From Antedon mediterranea (taxonomy: Eukaryota; Animalia; Echinodermata), in the NCBI RefSeq assembly GCF_964355755.1, contig NC_092672.1, forward strand, positions 16,753,237-16,817,236: DNA of 64,000 bases, given 5' to 3'. This document shows positions 55,701-64,000 of the stretch, one piece after another. The position numbers were made by a program, and so were the translations under genes. The notes under the pieces were generated by a model. That model saw nothing but the letters and a program-made list of their open reading frames with translations. It had not been told where the DNA came from and made no database searches. Each line of letters starts with the position of its first letter. The stretch's first letter is position 1.

Positions 55701-58700
55701 GTGCTTAAAATCACATTAGAAACCGTTTTAGACCATTTTGAGCATTTCGATAAAACTTTTCACACAAAAACATTAAAGAGCACAAAATAGCTTAATATCG
55801 TATTTAAAAACGTTTTTGACCATTTTGAGCATTTCGACAAAAATTTTTCACACAAAACAGCAAAGTGTACAGAATAGCTTCAAATCGTATTTGGAGACGT
55901 TTTAGACCTTTTTGTGATTTCCGAAAAAACTTGTTAACATAAAAACACCAAAGTGCTTAGAATAGCTTCAAATCGCATTTGGAGACGTTTTAGACCATTT
56001 TGTGATTTTCGAAAAAACTTGTTAACATAAAAACACCAAAGTGCTTAGAATAGCTTCAAATCGCATTTTGAGACATTTTAGACCCTTTTGTGATTTTCGA
56101 AAAAACTTGGTTACACAAAAACACCAAAGTGCTTAAAATAGCTATAAATTGCATTTGGAGACGTTTTAGACCATTTTGTGATTTTCGAAAAAACTTGTTA
56201 CCATAAAAACACCAAAGTGCTTAGATTAGCTTCAAATCGCATTTTGAGACATTTTAGACCCTTTTGTGATTTTCGAAAAAACTTGTTAACATAAAAACAC
56301 CAAAGTGCTTAGAATAGCTTCAAATCGCATTTTGAGACATTTTAGACCCTTTTGTGATTTTCGAAAAAACTTGTTAACATAAAAATTCCAAAGTGCTAAG
56401 AATAGCTTCAAATCGCATTTGGAGACATTTTAGACCACTTTGTGATTTTCGAAAAAACTTGTTAACATAAAAACATCAAAGTGCTTAAAATCACATTAGA
56501 AACCGTTTTAGACCATTTTGAGCATTTCGATAAAACTTTTCACACAAAAACATCAAAGAGCACAAAATAGCTTAATATCGTATTTAAAAACGTTTTTGAC
56601 CATTTTGAGCATTTCGACAAAAAAATTTCACACAAAACAGAAAAGTGTACAGACTAGCTTCAAATCGTATTTGGAGACGTTTTAGACCTTTTTGTGATTT
56701 TCGAAAAAACTTGTTAACATAAAAACACCAAAGTGCTAAGAATAGCTTCAAATCGCATTTTAGACCATTTTGTGTTTTTCGAAAAAACTTGTTAACATAA
56801 AAACACCAAAGTGCTTAAAATCACATTAGAAACCGTTTTAGACCATTTTGAGCATTTCGATAAAACTTTTCACACAAAACAGCAAAGTGTACAGAATAGC
56901 TTCAAATCGCATTTTGAGACGTTTTAGACCATTCTGTGATTTTCGAAAAAACTTGTTAACATAAAAACATCAAAGTGCTTAAAATCACATTAGAATCCGT
57001 TTTAGACCATTTTGAGCATTTCGATAAAACTTTTCAAACAAAAACATCAAAGAGCACAAAATAGCTTAATATCGTATTTAAAAACGTTTTTGACCATTTT
57101 GAGCATTTCGACAAAAAATTTTCACACAAAACAGCAAAGTGCACAGAATAACTTCAAATCGCATTTGGAGACGTTTTAGACAATTTTGTGATTTTCGAAA
57201 AAACTTGTTAACATAAAAACACCAAAGTGCTAAGAATAGCTTCAAATCGCATTTGGAGACATTTTAGACCATTTTGTGATTTTCGAAAAAACTTGTTAAG
57301 ATAAAAACATCAAAGTGTACACAATAGCTTCAAATCGCATTTGGAGACGTTTTAGACCATTTTGTGATTTTCGAAAAAACTTGTTAACATAAAAATTCCA
57401 AAGTGCTAAGAATAGCTTCAAATCGCATTTGGAGACATTTTAGACCATTTTGTGATTTTCGAAAAAACTTGTTAACATAAAAACATCAAAGTGTACAGAA
57501 TAGCTTCAAATCGCATTTGGAGACGTTTTAGACCCTTTTGTGATTTTCGAAAAAACTTGTTAACATAAAAACATCAAAGTGCTTAGAATAGCTTCAAATC
57601 GCATCTTGAGACGTTTTAGACCATTCTGTGATTTTCGAAAAAACTTGTTAACATAAAAACATCAAAGTGCTTAAAATCACATTAGAAACCGTTTTAGACC
57701 ATTTTGAGCATTTCGATAAAACTTTTCACACAAAAACATCAAAGAGCACAAAATAGCTTAATATCGTAAAAACATCAAAGTGCTTAAAATCACATTAGAA
57801 ACCGTTTTAGACCATTTTGAGCATTTCGATAAAACTTTTAACAAAAAAACATCAAAGAGCACAAAATAGCTTAATATCGTATTTAAAAACGTTTTTGACC
57901 ATTTTGATCATTTCGAAAAAAAATTTTCACACAAAACAGCAAAGTGTACAGAATAGCTTCAAATCATATTTGGAGACATTTTAGACCATTTTGTGATTTT
58001 CGAAAAAACTTGTTAACATAAAAACACCAAAGTGCTTAGAATAGCTTCAAATCGCATTTGGAGACGTTTTAGACCATTTTGTGATTTTCGATAAAACTTG
58101 TTAACATAAAAACACAAAAGTGCTTAGAATAGCTTCAAATCGGATTTTGAGACATTTTAGACCCTTTTGTGATTTTCGAAAAAACTTGGTTACACAAAAA
58201 CACCAAAGTGCTTAAAATAGCTTCAAATCGCATTTGGAGACATTTTAGACCCTTTTGTGATTTTTGAAAAAACTTGTTAAAATAAAAACATCAAAGTGTA
58301 CAGAATAGCTTCAAATCGCATTTGGAGACGTTTTAGACCATTTTGTGATTTTGAAAAAAACTTGTTATCATAAAAACACCAAAGTGCTTAGAATAGCTTC
58401 AAATCGCATTTTGAGACATTTTAGACCATTTTGTGATTTTCGAAAAAACTTGTTAACATAAAAACACCAAAGTGCTAAGAATAGCTTCAAATCGCATTTG
58501 GAGACATTTTAGACCATTTTGTGTTTTTCGAAAAAACTTGTTAACATAAAAACATCAAAGTGTACAGAATAGCTTCAAATCGCATTTGGAGACGTTTTAG
58601 ACCATTTTGTGATTTTCGAAAAAACTTGGTTACACAAAAACACCAAAGTGCTTAAAATAGCTTCAAATCGCATTTGGAGACATTTTAGACCCTTTTGTGA

Positions 58701-61700
58701 TTTTCGAAAAAACTTGTTAAAATAAAAACATCAAAGTGTACAGAATAGCTTCAAATCGCATTTGGAGACGTTTTAGACCATTTTGTGATTTTGAAAAAAA
58801 CTTGTTAACATAAAAACACAAAAGTGCTTAGAATAGCTTCAAATCGCATTTTGAGACATTTTAGACCATTTTGTGATTTTCGAAAAAACTTGTTAACATA
58901 AAAACACCAAAGTGCTAAGAATAGCTTCAAATCGCATTTGGAGACATTTTAGACCATTTTGTGTTTTTCGAAAAAACTTGTTAACATAAAAACATCAAAG
59001 TGTACAGAATAGCTTCAAATCGCATTTGGAGACGTTTTAGACCATTTTGTAATTTTCGAAAAAACTTGTTAACATAAAAACACCAAAGTGCTTAGAATAG
59101 CTTCAAATCGCATTTTGAGACATTTTAGACCCTTTTGTGATTTTCGAAAAAACTTGGTTACACAAAAAACACCAAAGTGCTTAAAATTGCTTCAAATCGC
59201 ATTTGAAGACATTTTAGACCATTTTGTGATTTTCGAAAAAACTTGTTAACATAAAAACACCAAAGTGCTTAGAATAGCTTAAAATCACATTAGAAACCGT
59301 TTTAGACCATTTTGAGCATTTCGATAAAACTTTTCACACAAAAACATCAAAGAGCACAAAATAGCTTAATATCGTATTTAAAAACGTTTTTGACCATTTT
59401 GAGCATTTCGACAAAAAATTTTCACACAAAACAGCAAAGTGCACAGAATAACTTCAAATCGCATTTGGAGACGTTTTAGACCATTTTGTGATTTTCGAAA
59501 AAACTTGTTAACATAAAAACACCAAAGTGCTTAGAATAGCTTCAAATCGCATTTGGAGACATTTTAGACCATTTTGAGCATTTCGATAAAACATTTCACA
59601 CAAAAACATCAAAGAGCACAAAATAGCTTAATATCGTATTTAAAAACGATTTTTGACCATTTTGAGCATTTCGACAAAAAATGTTCACACAAAACAGCAA
59701 AGTGCACAGAATAACTTCAAATCGCATTTGGAGACGTTTTAGACCATTTTGTGATTTTCGAAAAAACTTGTTAACATAAAAACACCAAAGTGCTTAGAAT
59801 AGCTTCATATCACATTTTGAGACATTTTAGACCCTTTTGTGATTTTCGAAAAAACTCGGTTACACAAAAAACACCAAAGTGCTTAAAATAGCTTCAAATC
59901 GCATTTGAAGACGTTTTAGACCATTTTGTGATTTTCGAAAAAACTTGTTAACATAAAAACACCAAAGTGCTTAGAATAGCTTAAAATCACATTAGAAACC
60001 GTTTTAGACCATTTTGAGCATTTCGATAAAACTTTTCACATAAAAACATGAAAGAGCACAAAATAGCTTAATATCGTATTTAAAAACGTTTTTGAGCATT
60101 TTGAGCATTTCGACAAAAAATTTTCACACAAAACAGCAAAGTGCACAGAATAACTTCTAAACGCATTTGGAGACGTTTTAGACCATTTTGTGATTTTCGA
60201 TAAAACTTGTTAACATAAAAACACCAAAGTGCTTAGAATAGCTTCAAATCGCATTTTGAGACATTTTAGACCCTTTTGTGATTTTCGAAAAAACTTGTTA
60301 ACATAAAAACATCAAAGTGCTTAAAATCACATTAGAAACCGTTTTAGACCATTTTGAGCATTTCGATAAAACTTTTCACACAAAAACATCAAAGAGCACA
60401 AAATAGCTTAATATCGTATTTAAAAACGTTTTTGACCATTTTGAGCATTTTGACAAAAAATTTTCACACAAAACAGCAAAGTGCACAGAATAACTTCAAA
60501 GACCATTTTGTGATTTTCGAAAAAACTTAACATAAAAACATCAAAGTGTACAGAATAGCTTAAAATCGCATTTGGAGACGTTTTAGACCATTTTGTGATT
60601 TTCGAAAAAACTTGTTAACATAAAAACATCAAAGTGTACAGAATAGCTTCAAATCGCATTTGGAGACGTTTTTAGACCATTTTGTGATTTTCGAAAAAAC
60701 TTGTTAAAATAAAAACATCAAAGTGCTTAAAATCACATTAGAAACCGTTTTAGACCATTTTGAGAATTTCGATAAAACTTTTCACACAAAAACATCAAAG
60801 AGCACAAAATAGCTTAATATCGTATTTAAAAACGATTTTTGACCATTTTGAGCATTTCGACAAAAAATTTTCACACAAAAACAGCAAAGTGCACAGAATA
60901 ACTTCAAATCGCATTTGGAGACGTTTTAGACCATTTTGTGATTTTCGAAAAAACTTGTTAACATAAAAACACCAAAGTGCTTAGAATAGCTTCAAATCGC
61001 TTTTTGAGACATTTTAGACCCTTTTGTGATTTTCGAAAAAACTTGGTTACACAAAAACACCAAAATGCTTAAAATAGCTTCAAATCGCATTTGAAGACGT
61101 TTTAGACCATTTTGTGATTTTCGAAAAAACTTGTTAACATAAAAACACCAAAGTGCTTAGAATAGCTTAAAATCACATTAGAAACAGTTTTAGACCATTT
61201 TGAGCATTTCGATAAAACTTTTCACATAAAAACATCAAAGAGCACAAAATAGCTTAATATCGTATTTAAAAACGTTTTTGAGCATTTTGAGCATTTCGAC
61301 AAAAAATTTTTACACAAAACAGCAAAGTGCACAGAATAACTTCAAATCGCATTTGGAGACGTTTTAGACCATTTTGTGATTTTCGAAAAAACTTGTTAAC
61401 ATAAAAACATCAAAGTGCTTCAAATCACATTAGAAACCATTTTAGACCATTTTGAGCATTTCGACAAAAATTTTTCACACAAAACAGCAAAGTGTACAGA
61501 ATAGCTTCAAATCGTATTTGGAGACGTTTTAGACCTTTTTGTGATTTTCGAAAAAACTTGTTAACATAAAAACACCAAAGTGCTTAGAATAGCTTCAAAT
61601 CGCAGTTGGAGACGTTTTAGACCATTTTTTGATTTTCGAAAAAAACTTGTTAACATAAAAACACCAAAGTGCTTAGAATAGCTTCAAATCGCATTTTGAG

Positions 61701-64000
61701 ACGTTTTAGACCATTCTGTGATTTTCGAAAAAACTTGTTAACATAAAAACATCAAAGTGCTTAAAATCACATTAGAAACCGTTTTAGACCATTTTGAGCA
61801 TTTCGATAAAACTTTTCACACAAAAACATTAAAGAGCACAAAATAGCTTAATATCGTATTTAAAAACGTTTTTGACCATTTTGAGCATTTCGACAAAAAT
61901 TTTTCACACAAAACAGCGTACAGAATAGCTTCAAATCGTATTTGGAGACGTTTTAGACCTTTTTGTGATTTTCGAAAAAACTTGTTAACATAAAAACACC
62001 AAAGTGCTTAGAATAGCTTCAAATCGCATTTGGAGACGTTTTAGACCATTTTGTGATTTTCGAAAAAACTTGTTAACATAAAAACACCAAAGTGCTTAGA
62101 ATAGCTTCAAATCGCATTTTGAGACATTTTAGACCCTTTTGTGATTTTCGAAAAAACTTGGTTACACAAAAACACCAAAGTGCTTAGAATAGCTTCAAAT
62201 CGCATTTGGAGACGTTTTAGACCATGTTGTGATTTTCGAAAAAACTTTTTAACATAAAAACACCAAAGTGCTTAGAATGGCTTCAAATCGCATTTTGAGA
62301 CATTTTAGACCCTTTTGTGATTTTCGAAAAAACTTGTTAACATAAAAACACCAAAGTGCTTAGAATAGCTTCAAATCTCATTTGGAGACGTTTTAGACCA
62401 TTTTTTGATTTTCGAAAAAACTTGTTAACATAAAAACATCAAAGTGCTTAAAATCACATTAGAATCCGTTTTAGACCATTTTGAGCATTTCGATAAAACT
62501 TTTCAAACAAAAACATCAAAGAGCACAAAATAGCTTAATATCGTATTTAAAAACGTTTTTGACCATTTTGAGCATTTCGACAAAAAATTTTCACACAAAA
62601 CAGCAAAGTGCACAGAATAACTTCAAATCGCATTTGGAGACGTTTTAGACAATTTTGTGATTTTCGAAAAAACTTGTTAACATAAAAACACCAAAGTGCT
62701 AAGAATAGCTTCAAATCGCATTTGGAGACATTTTAGACCATTTTGTGATTTTCGAAAAAACTTGTTAAGATAAAAACATCAAAGTGTACACAATAGCTTC
62801 AAATCGCATTTGGGGACGTTTTAGACCATTTTGTGATTTTCGAAAAAACTTGTTAACATAAAAACACCAAAGTGCTTAGAATAGCTTCAAATCGCATTTT
62901 GAGACATTTTAGACCCTTTTGTGATTTTCGAAAAAACTTGGTTACACAAAAACACCAAAGTGCTTAAAATAGCTTCAAATCGCATTTGGAGAAGTTTTAA
63001 ACCATTTTGTGATTTTCGAAAAAACTTGTTAACATAAAAACATCAAAGTGTACAGAATAACTTCAAATCGCATTTGGAGACGTTTTAGACCATTTTGTGA
63101 TTTTTGAAAAAACTTGTTAACATAAAAACACCAAAGTGCTTAGAATAGCTTCAAATCGCATTTTGAGACATTTTACACCCTTTTGTGATTTTCGAAAAAA
63201 CTTGTTAAAATAAAAACATCAAAGTGTACAGAATAGCTTCAAATCGCATTTGGAGACGTTTTAGACCATTTTGTGATTTTGAAAAAAACCTGTTAACATA
63301 AAAACACCAAAGAGCTTAGAATAGCTTCAAATCGCATTTTGAGACATTTTAGACCATTTTGTGATTTTCGAAAAAACTTGTTAAAATAAAAACATCAAAA
63401 TGTACAGAATAGCTTCAAATCGCATTTGGAGACGTTTTAGACCATTTTGTGATTTTGAAAAAAACTTGTTAACATAAAAACACCAAAGAGCTTAGAATAG
63501 CTTCAAATCGCATTTTGAGACATTTTAGACCATTTTGTGTTTTTCGAAAAAACTTGTTAACATAAAAACATCAAAGTGTACAGAATAGCTTCAAATCGCA
63601 TTTGGAGACGTTTTAGACCATTTTCTGATTTTCGAAAAAACTTGTTAACATAAAAACATCAAAGTGCTTGGAGACATTTTAGACTATTTTGTGTTTTTCG
63701 AAAAAACTTGTTAACATAAAAACATCAAAGTGTACAGAATAGCTTCAAATCGCATTTTGAGACATTTTAGACTATTTTGTGATTTTCGAAAAAACTTGTT
63801 AACATAAAAACATCAAAGTGCTTAAAATCACATTAGAAACCGTTTTAGACCATTTTAAGCATTTCGATAAAACTTTTCACACAAAAACATCAAAGAGCAC
63901 AAAATAGCTTAATATCGTATTTAAAAACGTTTTTGACCATTTTGAGCATTTCGACAAAAATTTTTTACACAAAACAGCAAAGTGCACAGAATAACTTCAA

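Larger units (their letters stand above)
1..64000. repeat. Tandem satellite DNA array of ~88-bp monomer family (roughly 750 monomers), single orientation, open at both window ends
   Basis: Every part of the window aligns to a monomer of consensus aaagtgcttagaatagcttcaaatcgcatttggagacgttttagaccattttgtgattttcgaaaaaacttgttaacataaaaacacc or its derivatives. I saw no unique sequence and no reverse-complement copy. Confidence 0.99.

Noticed and set aside
60760-60966. Plus-strand 68-aa ORF
   Set aside because: It is a chance open frame created by 1-bp insertions in B-C-D monomers.
7011-63675. Singleton deletions (~7019, 41370, 63669) and homopolymer length changes
   Set aside because: These are ordinary satellite decay or possible sequencing error, with no recurring pattern.
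1-64000. CRISPR-like or other repeat-spacer array
   Set aside because: There are no unique spacers: the variable parts are homologous point variants of one monomer. No cas or other genes are present.
1-64000. Giant repetitive protein-coding gene, or tandem tRNA/5S/snRNA cluster
   Set aside because: Unit lengths 88 and 77 are not multiples of three and stop codons are frequent. I saw no cloverleaf, Pol III boxes or recognisable RNA gene.
1-64000. Transposon/MITE insertions, inversions, telomeric repeats
   Set aside because: I saw no terminal inverted repeats with target duplications, no strand switch and no telomere motif runs.

Overview
The whole 64 kb window is one uninterrupted, head-to-tail, single-orientation AT-rich satellite DNA array (about 30% GC, judged from the monomer). 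It is built from a family of related ~88-bp monomers: A (88 bp), B (77 bp, with a 10-bp internal deletion), C (87 bp), D (88 bp, an A-like variant that follows C) and a 77-bp B/C hybrid. These are assembled into ordered multi-monomer blocks: a 252-bp B-C-D trimer, an 844-bp 10-mer and a 965-bp 11-mer run of A variants. The blocks recur at irregular kb-scale spacing, with recent tandem duplications (665, 682 and 1351 bp) and a more diverged zone near 57.8-62.3 kb. I saw no genes, RNA genes, transposons, CRISPR spacers, inversions or unique sequence, and the listed ORFs are by-products of the repeat. The architecture is typical of eukaryotic centromeric or pericentromeric satellite, but that function and the organism cannot be established from sequence alone. 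I do not see a novel gene system; the points of interest concern satellite structure and evolution. All coordinates were read by eye and may be off by a few bases.
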